A DNA stretch of 64,000 nucleotides, taken from Alphaproteobacteria bacterium. Its GTDB lineage: Bacteria > Pseudomonadota > Alphaproteobacteria > Rs-D84. Position 1 is the first letter of the stretch, and every line of letters begins with the position of its first letter. The notes under the pieces were generated by a model. The model had not been told where the DNA came from and did not search any database. It was given only the letters and a program-made list of their open reading frames with translations. The stretch spans positions 1,897 to 65,896 of the forward strand of contig JAGBXO010000003.1 of NCBI GenBank assembly GCA_017629245.1. Reading direction: 5' to 3'. A program made the translations under genes and the position numbers. Positions 27,231 to 36,641 of this stretch are shown here, one piece after another.

Positions 27231-29969
27231 TTATTCTGCGACTGTTGCTTCTGCGTTTGTGGCATTTTCTGTTTCTTCTTCGCCTGCGCCTTCAATTGAA
27301 ATTGCTGATACAACCTTTTCATTGTCGGCTGTGCGGAACAGCGTGACCCCTGCCGTACTGCGGCCTGCAATACGAACATCTGCGACCGGTGTGCGAATAA
27401 TTTTGCCACCATCTGTCACCATGATAATATCATGATCGTCTGCAACCGGGAAGGAACCTGCCACCGCAGTATTTTTTCCACCAAGTTTAATGTTTGCAAA
27501 TCCACCGCCACCACGATGGGTCAGACGGTATTCGTATGAACTGGTGCGTTTGCCAAATCCGTTTTCAGAAATGGTCAAGATGAATTCTTCGCGTTCTGCC
27601 ATTTCGGCCATTTTTTCATCGCTCAGAACAATTGTTGTTTCTTCTTCATCTGTGTCTGCTTCTTCTTCGATTCCGGTTTCTGCACGACGTGCTGCGCGTG
27701 ATTGTTTGATGTACGCCGCGCGGATTGCAGAATCGGATTCGCCGCGGTTCAGCATTGCCATGTCGATAATACGGTCATCCGCCCCCAGTGTTATACCGCG
27801 CACGCCGGTTGAATTGCGTCCTGCAAAGATGCGGATTTCTGTTACAGGGAATCGGATTGCACGACCGCGATATGTTGCCAAGAAAACATCCTGGTCTTCA
27901 TTGCATGGCAGAACAGAAATCAAACTGTCGCCTTCGTCCAATTTCATTGCAATTTTACCGTTTGCGCGAATTGAGTCAAAGTCACTCATGCGATTACGGC
28001 GCACAGTGCCTGATGCTGTTGCAAACATCAAGAAGTGTTCTTTGCCTGATTCTGCAACGCGTGCCACATCTTCTTCTGGAACTGGCAAAATAGCAGTAAT
28101 TGTTTCGTCTTTTTCCAGTGGTAACAGATTTACCAATGGGCGTCCCTTGGCTGCGGCGGCCGCTTCGGGTAATTTGTATGTTTTTAATTTATAGCACAGG
28201 CCCTTAGAGCTAAAGAACAGCAGTGGTGTGTGTGTGTTTGCAACAAATACCTGAACAACATAGTCGTCGTCTTTTGTTGCCATGGCATTGCGTCCTTTGC
28301 CACCGCGTTTCTGCGCGCGATATGTATCCAATGCAACGCGTTTGATGTATCCTGTGTTTGAAACAGTAATAACCATATCTTCGCGTGCAATCAAATCTTC
28401 GATGTCAATATCGATTTCTGCGTCTGAAATTTCTGTTCGGCGCGGTGATGCCCAGTTGTCACGAACAGATTCTGTTTCTTCGCGAATGATTTGAACAATG
28501 CGTTCCTGGCTGCCCAAGATTTCTAATAAGTCACGGATGGTTGCCCCCAGGGTTGTTAAATCGTTGTGAATCTTGTCGCGTTCCAGACCTGTCAGGCGGT
28601 GTAATTGCAATTCCAAGATTGCGCGTGCCTGGTCTTCGGACATATAGAACATGCCGTCTTTATATTCTGTGTTCGGATCGTCAATCAGCTGGATGTATGA
28701 TTCAATATCTGATGCCTTCCACCCGCGTGAAATCAGTGCTTCGCGTGCGGTGTCTGGGTTTGGGCTGGATTTAATTAATTCAATTACTTCGTCCAGGTTT
28801 CCAACCGCAACCGACAGTCCTAACAAAGTATGTGCGCGATTGCGTGCCTTGTTCAAATCAAAGATTGTACGACGACGAATAACCTCGGCACGGAACTCGA
28901 TAAATGCATCCAGTACCCCGCGAACATTAAACAGCATTGGGCGACCGCGATTTAACGCCATCATATTAACAGGAAAACTGGTCTGCATTTCTGTGTATTG
29001 GAACAAGTGATTCAATACGACATCTGCAATTGCATCGCGTTTTAATTCAATAACGATTCGCAGGCCTTCTTTGGACGATTCGTCACGAATTTCAGAAATG
29101 CCTTCTATGCGTTTATCTTTAATCAGTTCAGCGATTTTGATAATCAGTTGCGCTTTGTTTACCTGATATGGAATTTCATCAACGATAATTGCCTGGTGGT
29201 CGCGGAAATCTTCGATGTGCGTTTTTGAACGAACGATAATTGAACCGCGGCCTGTTGTGTGTGCTTTGTACGCGCCGGCGTGTCCCATAATCATCGCGCC
29301 TGTTGGAAAATCAGGGCCTGGGATAATGCCGAACAATTCATCGTCCGTCAGGTTTTTATTTTCCAAAATTGCCAAAATGCCATTACAGATTTCGCCCAGG
29401 TTGTATGTTGGAACATTTGTTGCCATACCAACCGCAATACCAGAACCTCCATTTACCAAGAAGTTTGGAAACTTGGTTGGCAACACAACTGGTTCTTGTA
29501 AACTGCCGTCAAAGTTTGGCATCCAATCCACAGTGTCTTTTTCCATGTCGTCCATCAGCGATGCGCCCAGTTTTGACAGGCGTGCCTCAGTATAACGCAT
29601 GGCGGCTGCCTTGTCTCCATCTCGTGAACCAAAGTTACCCTGACCCTGGACCAGCATTTCGCCCATTGAAAAGTCTTGTCCCATACGAACCATGGCTTCA
29701 TAAATAGAACTATCACCATGCGGGTGGTATTTACCCATAACATCACCGACAATACGCGCAGACTTAACAGTTGGCTTGGTCGCTGGCGCAACATCATTCA
29801 TAACATACAGAATTCTGCGATGTACCGGCTTGCACCCGTCGCGTACATCTGGCAATGCGCGGTCGACAATAACCGACATTGCATAGTCCAAGAAACTGGT
29901 TCGCATTTCGTGTTCCAACGAAGACTGTGGAACGCGTATTTCATTTACTTCATTAATATTTTCTGACAT
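27231..29969 (-). CDS. gyrA: DNA gyrase subunit A
   Basis: '...[20 protein letters not shown]', '[15 protein letters not shown]' and an active-site Tyr region '[10 protein letters not shown]'. Start chosen at MSENINE (cat at 29967-29969) with RBS AGGAAAGG. The longer ORF extension lacks an RBS. Confidence 0.9.
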   Translation of the reverse strand: MSENINEVNEIRVPQSSLEHEMRTSFLDYAMSVIVDRALPDVRDGCKPVHRRILYVMNDVAPATKPTVKSARIVGDVMGKYHPHGDSSIYEAMVRMGQDFSMGEMLVQGQGNFGSRDGDKAAAMRYTEARLSKLGASLMDDMEKDTVDWMPNFDGSLQEPVVLPTKFPNFLVNGGSGIAVGMATNVPTYNLGEICNGILAILENKNLTDDELFGIIPGPDFPTGAMIMGHAGAYKAHTTGRGSIIVRSKTHIEDFRDHQAIIVDEIPYQVNKAQLIIKIAELIKDKRIEGISEIRDESSKEGLRIVIELKRDAIADVVLNHLFQYTEMQTSFPVNMMALNRGRPMLFNVRGVLDAFIEFRAEVIRRRTIFDLNKARNRAHTLLGLSVAVGNLDEVIELIKSSPNPDTAREALISRGWKASDIESYIQLIDDPNTEYKDGMFYMSEDQARAILELQLHRLTGLERDKIHNDLTTLGATIRDLLEILGSQERIVQIIREETESVRDNWASPRRTEISDAEIDIDIEDLIAREDMVITVSNTGYIKRVALDTYRAQKRGGKGRNAMATKDDDYVVQVFVANTHTPLLFFSSKGLCYKLKTYKLPEAAAAAKGRPLVNLLPLEKDETITAILPVPEEDVARVAESGKEHFLMFATASGTVRRNRMSDFDSIRANGKIAMKLDEGDSLISVLPCNEDQDVFLATYRGRAIRFPVTEIRIFAGRNSTGVRGITLGADDRIIDMAMLNRGESDSAIRAAYIKQSRAARRAETGIEEEADTDEEETTIVLSDEKMAEMAEREEFILTISENGFGKRTSSYEYRLTHRGGGGFANIKLGGKNTAVAGSFPVADDHDIIMVTDGGKIIRTPVADVRIAGRSTAGVTLFRTADNEKVVSAISIEGAGEEETENATNAEATVAE

Positions 29970-30097
29970 ACTGCCTTTCCTATTGTTAATAACACACAAA
30001 ACATAGCAGATTTTTGGGCTTTTGGTCAAGAAATAAAGGTTAAAATTTTGTTTGACAAATTGTTGCTTTGTGGTAGCCTGTGGGGGGTTAAAATATA

Positions 30098-30286
30098 ATG
30101 ATGCAACAAATGAAACAGGATTTATTAGAAGTACGCGAAATCGTAAAAGACATGCGTGATGCCCCAGATACAGATGGATTCGCGCGTGCGTGTTATTCGT
30201 GTCAGGTATGGGGTTTAAACCGAATGATTGGTGCGATTGATGTTGCGCGGTATGTTAAACATTTGTTGCAACAAAAACAAAAGTAA
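30098..30286 (+). CDS. small hypothetical protein (62 aa)
   Basis: ORF with a GGGGG stretch 9 nt upstream, in the gyrA divergent region. Weak. Confidence 0.25.
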   Translation: MMQQMKQDLLEVREIVKDMRDAPDTDGFARACYSCQVWGLNRMIGAIDVARYVKHLLQQKQK

Positions 30287-30530
30287 CAAGGGAACGCGAC
30301 ATGTTTTTACCGTTTTACAGATTGCTTACCGCAATATTTGTGTACTATCTGTTTTTAGAAGGTCTAAAAAAGATGGGGCTGGTAAAGTCAAAATAATTTA
30401 AAGAAAACAGTTGCGTTTTATAAAATCGTATGATTAAATAGACGCACAAACAGATTTTTTTCTGGGTGCTTATGATGCTGCTCGGGCACGCAGAATGAAA
30501 AAGAAAAGAAAAACACAAGGGAATTAAGTC

Positions 30531-30683
30531 ATGGCAACAAAACGTACATATCAGCCTTCTAAGACACGTCGTATCCGTACACACGGGTTCCGTGCCAGAA
30601 TGGAAACCAAGGGCGGCCGCGAAGTATTAAATCGTCGTCGCGCAGCAGGTCGCAAAAGAATTGCTGTATCTGCAGTCAGATAA
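30531..30683 (+). CDS. rpmH: 50S ribosomal protein L34
   Basis: Translation '[50 protein letters not shown]' is canonical L34. It is absent from the ORF track (under 60 aa). A terminator follows. Confidence 0.85.
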   Translation: MATKRTYQPSKTRRIRTHGFRARMETKGGREVLNRRRAAGRKRIAVSAVR

Positions 30684-30685
30684 TA

Positions 30686-30713
30686 AAGAAACGCCCAACT
30701 GGGCGTTTTTTTA
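30686..30713. terminator. intrinsic terminator (acgccc-aact-gggcgt + T7)
   Basis: Hairpin at 30691-30706 followed by ttttttt. Bidirectional with the minus-strand gene ending at 30714. Confidence 0.65.
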
Positions 30714-31547
30714 TTATCTGGACTTCTGTTGCATGTGCATGACTAAATCTATTGAAGTGCCAGTCATATTTGATTTTACGGTATATATATCCATCTTGTG
30801 ATGTTTTTGTATTTTTTGATTTATAGCGATTAAAAAAGATTTCCAAAAATTTAAAAATAGGTCTGTTGGAGTGTCGTCAGGTATCCACATATAATCCATG
30901 AATATTGTTCCTTTGTTGTTCAGATTTTTTGACAGTGGATTTAGGATGTAGTTATAGTAATCAGTCATTGCGTCAATTCCGTTGTTTTTGTTTGTTGGCA
31001 TTGACTCATAAATGTTTGACAGCATTATTATATCGTATTTCTGATTTAGTGTATGTGGTAAATATCTTATGTCTACGTGTTTGAAATCAAATTTATATGG
31101 CAATTTGCTTTGTAGATCCTGGTATTTATTATTGCTGTGTAAATAAGATGTGTTTTCAATTGTGGGTTCGGGTTCAAAAACGCGGAAGTTTCCGCTTTTT
31201 AAATCTAACAGTAACATAATTTCGGCTGGGGTTATGTTTTGTTCAATGTTGCTCAGCAATTCCAATTTAAATTGCATGCGTTTTGAAAAAAAGAAATCCA
31301 TAAATTTATTATAGTCCAAATATCGTATCATTTTTGTTTTTAAGTCAATGACCGTCTTTTGCAGGATGTTTATGTCAAATGTATCAACGTGTTTTGCGCC
31401 TGCTAATAATGCTTCAAAAGCATGGTCTCCAGAACTGGCAACGGTTAAAACATTTTTGTTCTTTGCGCCACCGGATTTCGCAATGTATTCTTGTACATTT
31501 TCATTTGTGAATAAAAATACAGGGGAATTATCGTCGTATTTTACCAT
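30714..31547 (-). CDS. DUF3419/BtaA-like SAM-dependent enzyme family protein (class I MTase-like fold), unknown substrate
   Basis: 'VLTVASSGDHAFEALLAGAKHVDTFDINILQ' matches the DUF3419 'vLtiaSaGcN...vDlNp.Q' N-terminal motif. 'KYDIIMLSNIYE' resembles the family's second motif. Very AT-rich. Confidence 0.4.
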   Translation of the reverse strand: MVKYDDNSPVFLFTNENVQEYIAKSGGAKNKNVLTVASSGDHAFEALLAGAKHVDTFDINILQKTVIDLKTKMIRYLDYNKFMDFFFSKRMQFKLELLSNIEQNITPAEIMLLLDLKSGNFRVFEPEPTIENTSYLHSNNKYQDLQSKLPYKFDFKHVDIRYLPHTLNQKYDIIMLSNIYESMPTNKNNGIDAMTDYYNYILNPLSKNLNNKGTIFMDYMWIPDDTPTDLFLNFWKSFLIAINQKIQKHHKMDIYTVKSNMTGTSIDLVMHMQQKSR

Positions 31548-31601
31548 TGTTTAACCTTTTGTGACAAATATAAACAATGTTTTTTGTTTGTCAATGGTGG
31601 A

Positions 31602-32264
31602 TTATTTTTGTTTTTCAGAAATGGCGCTGTCTTTTTCCTGCAGTAATTGCTCAATCTTAATCAATCTGTTCATTATCTGTGCATTAGATAAGCTGTCAAA
31701 ATACTGTGTTATATTTTGTTTTGTTGCGGTGTTTGATGGCAGTGTTCGTCTGGCTGTGCTCAGTCTTTCGATTAATCGCTGATTTTTATTGTATGCGTTT
31801 TGTGCTTTCCTGACCTCTGGAACATGAAAGAATGTATAAAATGTTTCTTCATTGCACGGAATGTCTGTTATGTACGATGGACTTTCTATTGCGGCGCGTT
31901 GTGCGCGCTTTAATTGTATTTTATTATTAAGTCTCAGACTGTCTAATTGTTTGTTGATTCTTTGTCTTGCGATATAATTTTCATTGTTGTGCAATGAATC
32001 TGTTGTGTTTTTATCTTTGTTTTTTGCTATGCTGTCGACTTCGTTAAACAGTTGTTTTATTGTATGGTCTTTTGTTGCAATAATCTTGTTCAGTCTTGCT
32101 TGCTTTACAGAATCGGAATATGCTGAATATTTTTGCGTTGCCTGTGGTTCTGATGATTCTGTTTCTTTGCTTGTGATGCATGCCAATGCGATTGCGCAAA
32201 TCATCATGCCGCATGCGCATACAAAATCAATCTTTTTAGAATTAAATAAATCACGAATGTTCAT
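31602..32264 (-). CDS. probable lipoprotein / coiled-coil protein of unknown function
   Basis: Start taken at the internal Met (MNIRDLF...) to avoid overlap with tRNA-Glu. Lipobox-like 'IALAC' after a hydrophobic segment. Q/K/N-rich. Confidence 0.4.
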   Translation of the reverse strand: MNIRDLFNSKKIDFVCACGMMICAIALACITSKETESSEPQATQKYSAYSDSVKQARLNKIIATKDHTIKQLFNEVDSIAKNKDKNTTDSLHNNENYIARQRINKQLDSLRLNNKIQLKRAQRAAIESPSYITDIPCNEETFYTFFHVPEVRKAQNAYNKNQRLIERLSTARRTLPSNTATKQNITQYFDSLSNAQIMNRLIKIEQLLQEKDSAISEKQK

Positions 32265-32285
32265 AATAAAAACTGCAAATAAAAA

Positions 32286-32360
32286 TGGCAGTCCCAACGG
32301 GAATCGAACCCGTGTTACCAGAATGAGAATCTGATGTCCTAACCGCTAGACGATGGGACC
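32286..32360 (-). tRNA. tRNA-Glu (anticodon CUC)
   Basis: Hand fold on the minus strand. Acceptor GGTCCCA/TGGGACT, D-arm GTCT/GGAC, anticodon stem TCAGA/TCTGG, loop TTCTCAT, T-arm ACGGG-TTCGATT-CCCGT, encoded CCA. Closely resembles E. coli tRNA-Glu apart from the anticodon. Confidence 0.8.
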
Positions 32361-32443
32361 ACTGACGGATATGTTACACGTATTTAATAAATTTTTCAAA
32401 TGAAACTTTTCCTTGCGCCCAATATTTTTTTGACCTAGGATAC

Positions 32444-33190
32444 GTGTATATTATGGCGGGTAGAATAAGACGTTTTTTTACAAATATTATATGCGGTTGT
32501 GTTTATAACAAGGATAAACGCAAACATCTGCGCGTTCTTCTAAATTCACCTGTGTCGTCCTATGTTCGATTTGTGCGCAAAAATACCGGATGTCCAATAA
32601 AGAAGTTGCGAACTTTCATTGGATATCAGGCGCGAAATTTATTAATCAGCGTGAATGACGAATATATATATAAGTTTCCGTTGCGCCGTTCTAATTCGGA
32701 TGAGTTGGCACTGCGTGAAAAAAGAATAGTTGATGCATTGATTCCTGTGTCGCCAATCGGTATCCCGCCGGTTGAAATATACGAATATCATGGTGTGTTG
32801 GTTCGTCGTTATCCGTTTGTTCGTGGTGTGCGCTTGCGTGAAATTCCATTAGATGTTGTGTTAAAAAATGTAAAGATTTTAGCGCCGCAAATCGCAGTCT
32901 TTTTGCATGCCATTGGTGTTTGTGATCCAGATGAAATCCGTGACTTAAAGCCAGATGTTAATTCTAAGCCGGGATATATGTATGGTTGGTTTCATGGTGA
33001 TATTGGTGATAATTTCTTTGTAGATATTGATACTATGCAGATTACTGCTTTTATTGATTGGGAAGATTGCTATTTTGGTGATTTTTCTGCGACTTTTACT
33101 GGGGATAAACGTTCGCCAAATCGTGAATTGATGCGTGCTGCATCACAAGAATACAAGAAATTGTATAATGGGGGATGTTATGGGGTTTAG
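32444..33190 (+). CDS. aminoglycoside-phosphotransferase/choline-kinase-like (PKL-fold) phosphotransferase, copy 1
   Basis: 'WFHGDIGDNFFVD' (Brenner-type H-G-D...N catalytic motif) and a downstream 'IDWED'. N-terminus 'RRFFTNIICGCVYNKDKRKHLRVLLN'. Paralogue of the next gene. Confidence 0.55.
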   Translation: MYIMAGRIRRFFTNIICGCVYNKDKRKHLRVLLNSPVSSYVRFVRKNTGCPIKKLRTFIGYQARNLLISVNDEYIYKFPLRRSNSDELALREKRIVDALIPVSPIGIPPVEIYEYHGVLVRRYPFVRGVRLREIPLDVVLKNVKILAPQIAVFLHAIGVCDPDEIRDLKPDVNSKPGYMYGWFHGDIGDNFFVDIDTMQITAFIDWEDCYFGDFSATFTGDKRSPNRELMRAASQEYKKLYNGGCYGV

Positions 33191-33926
33191 GCGTGTGTTA
33201 TCAAACGTTATTTGTGGTTTTATACCGAATAAAAAGGTTCGCAGCAAGGTTCGTATTGTTTTGAATAATCCGTCAGTTCGTCGTTATATTAAGTTTGTGC
33301 GTCGATGGGCAGATGAAAATTGTGGTGGGGTGAAAAAACTTTCGATAGAATTCGGCGTTGGGTGTCACAATATGGTTGTTTTGTTGAACAATATGCATGT
33401 CTTTAAGTTTTCTTTGTTGCCTGGACGAGAAGCACGCGCATATCACGAAGAACGTGTTGTGAATGCATTTAGAAAAATTTCACCGATACATTTTCCCGAA
33501 ATGGAATTGATTAAGATAGAAGATACAGTGGTTCGTCGTTACGAATATGTTGCTGGTAAAATGTTAACTGATTTTTCTCCGTCATACATAAATAAAAACA
33601 GAGTCAAGATAGCAAAGCAATTGGCAGGCTTTTTGTACTGTATTGGTTGTTCGGATCCTGTAGAGTTGCGCGATTTAAAGCCTGATTTGCGCACAAAGCC
33701 AGGTTTTTTATATGGTTGGTTTCATGATGATATAGGTAATAATTTTATGCTGGATGACAATTTAAATATTATTGCATTTATTGATTGTGAAAATATGAAG
33801 TTTTGCGATTTTAAAGAATCTTTAGCGAACTCAGAGCATTTCTGGGATAAAAACGGAATTCGTGGGTTGATGATAGAATTGCTGTCGGAATATACAAAAT
33901 TATATTATTCAAAACAGAAAAAATAG
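33180..33926 (+). CDS. aminoglycoside-phosphotransferase/choline-kinase-like phosphotransferase, copy 2 (tandem paralogue)
   Basis: 'WFHDDIGNNFMLD...IDCEN'. N-terminus 'MGFRRVLSNVICGFIPNKKVRSKVRIVLN' is collinear with copy 1. Start at ATG 33180 overlaps the copy-1 stop by 11 nt. Confidence 0.55.
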   Translation: MGFRRVLSNVICGFIPNKKVRSKVRIVLNNPSVRRYIKFVRRWADENCGGVKKLSIEFGVGCHNMVVLLNNMHVFKFSLLPGREARAYHEERVVNAFRKISPIHFPEMELIKIEDTVVRRYEYVAGKMLTDFSPSYINKNRVKIAKQLAGFLYCIGCSDPVELRDLKPDLRTKPGFLYGWFHDDIGNNFMLDDNLNIIAFIDCENMKFCDFKESLANSEHFWDKNGIRGLMIELLSEYTKLYYSKQKK

Positions 33927-33993
33927 AAATCAATATTTCTCTTCTGTTTGTGTTATATTATTTATCTTTATGTGTGGATTCAATGTAGTGTTA

Positions 33994-35085
33994 TTATAGG
34001 TGGTTTTTGTTAATTGTGTTAATTATGTCAATCAGTGTTTTGGTGTAGTTAAAAATGTCTTTTATTTCTATGTGTTCATTTGTTGTGTGTGCGTGCTGAA
34101 TACTGCCTGCGCCATAAACAACGGTGTCAATTCCGTATTTTTGAAAAAATCCAGCCTCGGTCGCAATGGGGGATGTTATATTTGGTGTGTTTATAATATT
34201 TGTAATCTGGCTGTTATTGTTTTTTGACAGTGCATATATCTCTTCTGCGATATTATTTTTTATGTCTAATCCTGGTGTTTGGCGCATTAATTTGTTTTGA
34301 AATTCAGTCACAGACTGAATTATGTTTCTATGTTCTTTATCTGATGTATATCGAATCTCCCAATCAAAAGTTGTTGTGTCGGCAACAGTGTTTCTTTGTG
34401 TGCCACCGTAAATACGTCCAACATTAATTGTTGTTCCCGTTTCTAAGTATTGCTTGGCTAATATTTGCAGGTGTGAAATTAATTCTGTGGCGAAATAGAT
34501 GGCGTTTACTCCGTTTTTTATCTGACTGGCGTGCGCAGATCTGCCATATACAGTTGTTGAATATCCGCAATATCCATTATGAGAAACGATAGTATTCATG
34601 CTTGTTGGTTCTCCAACAATTGCCATGTGTGGATGTATGTTATTTGTCTGCATAAAATCGCATATGTGCTTTATGCCTGTAACATCTGTTTCTTCGTCGC
34701 CTGTCAGTGTTAATATAATCGGAAATTTTTGTTTTTTAAATTCTGGTATCAGTGCTAATAAAATTGCGATAAAATATTTCATGTCGACAGCGCCGCGCCC
34801 AAAAATTTTGTCGTTTGTGCGTGTTGGTAAAAATTGTTCTGTGTTTCCTGGGACGGTGTCCATATGTCCCGACAGTAATAAGCCAGAATTTATATCATGT
34901 AAAGCATTTGTATTGATTCCGGCAATAATGCTTTCTGCTTGGTTTTTTGTGTGTTTGATTCGGGTGTAAATAATATTGTGTTTGTCTAATATATTGCAAA
35001 CATAGTCTGAGATGTTTTTTATTTTATCGTGTGTATCAGATTGTACAGAAATTAGATTGTCTAAAATTCCTAGAATATCGTTCAT
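33994..35085 (-). CDS. M20-family metallopeptidase/deacylase (ArgE/DapE-like)
   Basis: 'SGHMDTVP', 'GRGAVDMK' and 'GDEE' metal-binding motifs. 363 aa. Extremely N/I-rich. Confidence 0.7.
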   Translation of the reverse strand: MNDILGILDNLISVQSDTHDKIKNISDYVCNILDKHNIIYTRIKHTKNQAESIIAGINTNALHDINSGLLLSGHMDTVPGNTEQFLPTRTNDKIFGRGAVDMKYFIAILLALIPEFKKQKFPIILTLTGDEETDVTGIKHICDFMQTNNIHPHMAIVGEPTSMNTIVSHNGYCGYSTTVYGRSAHASQIKNGVNAIYFATELISHLQILAKQYLETGTTINVGRIYGGTQRNTVADTTTFDWEIRYTSDKEHRNIIQSVTEFQNKLMRQTPGLDIKNNIAEEIYALSKNNNSQITNIINTPNITSPIATEAGFFQKYGIDTVVYGAGSIQHAHTTNEHIEIKDIFNYTKTLIDIINTINKNHL

Positions 35086-35141
35086 GTGAATGCCTTTTGA
35101 TTAATTTTATATATGTTGCAAACAAACGCAATAAAAAGTTA

Positions 35142-35170
35142 TAAAAAACCGCCTGGTTTGGGCGGTTTTA
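35142..35170. terminator. bidirectional intrinsic terminator (aaccgcc-tggtttg-ggcggtt)
   Basis: Hairpin at 35147-35167 with flanking A/T runs. It overlaps the stop of gene 35168-35902. Confidence 0.55.
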
Positions 35171-35902
35171 ATTTCTTGGTTTTATATGATATCGTTCCAT
35201 GAATTTGCTGATTTGGGAATTTTTGCTTGGGCTGATTGTGTTTGGCATGTTTTCTATTTTCGTAATTTTCGTAATTTTTTGTTTTTCTTTTGTTTTGACA
35301 GCGTACAAATTTTGGTTGTCTCCTAATCCCAAAAATGCCTCGTTCAGCAATTTGTTGTATCTGTGTTTAAAATCTGTGTCATGTTCATACAGATAATGGG
35401 TGACCTTTTCGATTAATCCTGAATGATTATTTGCGCAAAAGTTTTTAATTCGTGAAAACTTCCCGTCCGTAACGATTTCCAGCCCCTTTTTATCCAGGGC
35501 TTTAATTTCTATTCTGTCGAATTTGATTGGTGTTTTGGTTGCAGAATCATAAATCATATCAAACATAAAATCTTGCATGGCTTCGTAATCCAGCATCCAT
35601 TTAGGGTATTGAATGTCTGTTGGGTTGATTTCGCATTCTGCGATATATGCGCTTTTGCCAGGGGTGCTTTCCCATCCGTCTTTCATTGTTTTTATGTGAT
35701 TTTGTGCCCCCTGATATGTTGTAAAGAAATAATATCCGTTGCTTTGTCCGCCCAGTGCGCTGCGCGATGGGTTAAAGTATCCTGATTGTTTTATTTTTTG
35801 AAAGTCTGATTCGTTAATTGGGGTAATTATATGATACAGGATAATTTTGTCTGATTTTAATTGCTTGCTTCCTTGGTGGAATTGTGTTGCTTTCTCGTTC
35901 AT
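35168..35902 (-). CDS. hypothetical protein (244 aa)
   Basis: Clean ORF. RBS AGGAGGTTACATATG on the minus strand. No motif recognised. Confidence 0.5.
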   Translation of the reverse strand: MNEKATQFHQGSKQLKSDKIILYHIITPINESDFQKIKQSGYFNPSRSALGGQSNGYYFFTTYQGAQNHIKTMKDGWESTPGKSAYIAECEINPTDIQYPKWMLDYEAMQDFMFDMIYDSATKTPIKFDRIEIKALDKKGLEIVTDGKFSRIKNFCANNHSGLIEKVTHYLYEHDTDFKHRYNKLLNEAFLGLGDNQNLYAVKTKEKQKITKITKIENMPNTISPSKNSQISKFMERYHIKPRN

Positions 35903-35943
35903 ATGTAACCTCTTTCTTCTGTGATTATATCACAAAGATTTAA

Positions 35944-35972
35944 GAAAACCGCCATAAAAAGGCGGTTTTTTG
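35944..35972. terminator. bidirectional intrinsic terminator (ccgcc-ataaaaa-ggcgg + T6)
   Basis: Hairpin at 35949-35965. Confidence 0.55.
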
Positions 35973-35991
35973 CTTTCGAAGTATTTTAAAA

Positions 35992-36243
35992 TTAACGTTG
36001 CTTTTCTGTTAAAAACAATCCTGCGCATCCCCCGGCCAGTGCCAGCAGTGCCGCGCCGCTTAATAGAGTTTCTGTTTGTTGGCTAATAATTCTCTTTTCA
36101 TGGTAATTGCGCGTTTCTTCGTCTGCATATTGCAATTCGTCGCGGAAGTCGGATGTTCCTGCGACTGCTAATGCCAAAACAAAGCCTGTGCCTGCAGATG
36201 CCATGGATAAAGTTCTTAATAATTTGCGTTTCTTTTCGTTCAT
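35992..36243 (-). CDS. small two-TM membrane protein, hypothetical
   Basis: Start at the internal MNEKKRK. Two hydrophobic segments: 'GFVLALAVAG' and 'GAALLALAGGCAGLFL'. Confidence 0.35.
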   Translation of the reverse strand: MNEKKRKLLRTLSMASAGTGFVLALAVAGTSDFRDELQYADEETRNYHEKRIISQQTETLLSGAALLALAGGCAGLFLTEKQR

Positions 36244-36480
36244 TTTAAATCCTTTGTGTTTATTACTCATCACTATATAGTACAAATATAATAGTTGTCA
36301 AGTGTTTTGTGAAAATAAATAGTCCCAGGGAAAATAACAAAACGGCCTTCCTTTAATCAATAGGTCTTGAATTTTTTTGGGGGGCGCGCGTGGGGAAGGG
36401 GGAACTCGAACAAAATATTGACATTGTTTTATGTTGCAATCACTGAAACTGATTGCTCAAACGCATGAAGCCTTGCAAAC

Positions 36481-36507
36481 AAAAAAATGCCCCAGCGGGC
36501 ATTTTGT
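36481..36507. terminator. intrinsic terminator downstream of tRNA-Gln (atgccc-cagc-gggcat)
   Basis: A7 + hairpin at 36487-36502 + T4. Lies 3' of the minus-strand tRNA. Confidence 0.5.
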
Positions 36508-36513
36508 TAACTG

Positions 36514-36587
36514 TGGTTGGGGCGCACGGATTCGAACCATGATAAAGAGAACCAAAATCTCTTGTCCTACCATTAGACGACACCCCA
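36514..36587 (-). tRNA. tRNA-Gln (anticodon UUG)
   Basis: Hand fold. U1-A72 acceptor TGGGGTG/CGCCCCA (as in E. coli tRNA-Gln), anticodon stem AGAGA/TCTCT, loop TTTTGGT, T-arm CATGG-TTCGAAT-CCGTG, encoded CCA. Confidence 0.75.
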
Positions 36588-36641
36588 ATTGCGTTTACGC
36601 ATTATAAATATATTTTATATTTTTGCAATAACAAATTTTTG

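Noticed and set aside
27490-28194. 234-aa plus-strand ORF inside gyrA, and similar antisense ORFs inside ppdK (47226-47900), the RND pump, VirB10 and others
   Set aside because: They lie entirely antisense to confidently identified conserved genes and have S/R/A-rich shadow-frame composition.
29970-30029. 20-codon N-terminal extension of gyrA ([20 protein letters not shown])
   Set aside because: The canonical GyrA N-terminus starts at MSENINE, which has an AGGAAAGG RBS. The extension is not conserved-looking.
36378-36412. Isolated GC-rich fragment ggggggcgcgcgtggggaagggggaactcgaac resembling the T-loop/acceptor 3' half of a tRNA (rc GTTCGAGTTCCCCCTTCCCCA), a possible integration scar next to the AT-rich block
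   Set aside because: No complementary 5' half or T-stem partner. The acceptor sequence does not match tRNA-Gln or tRNA-Glu in the window. It could be coincidental GC-rich debris.
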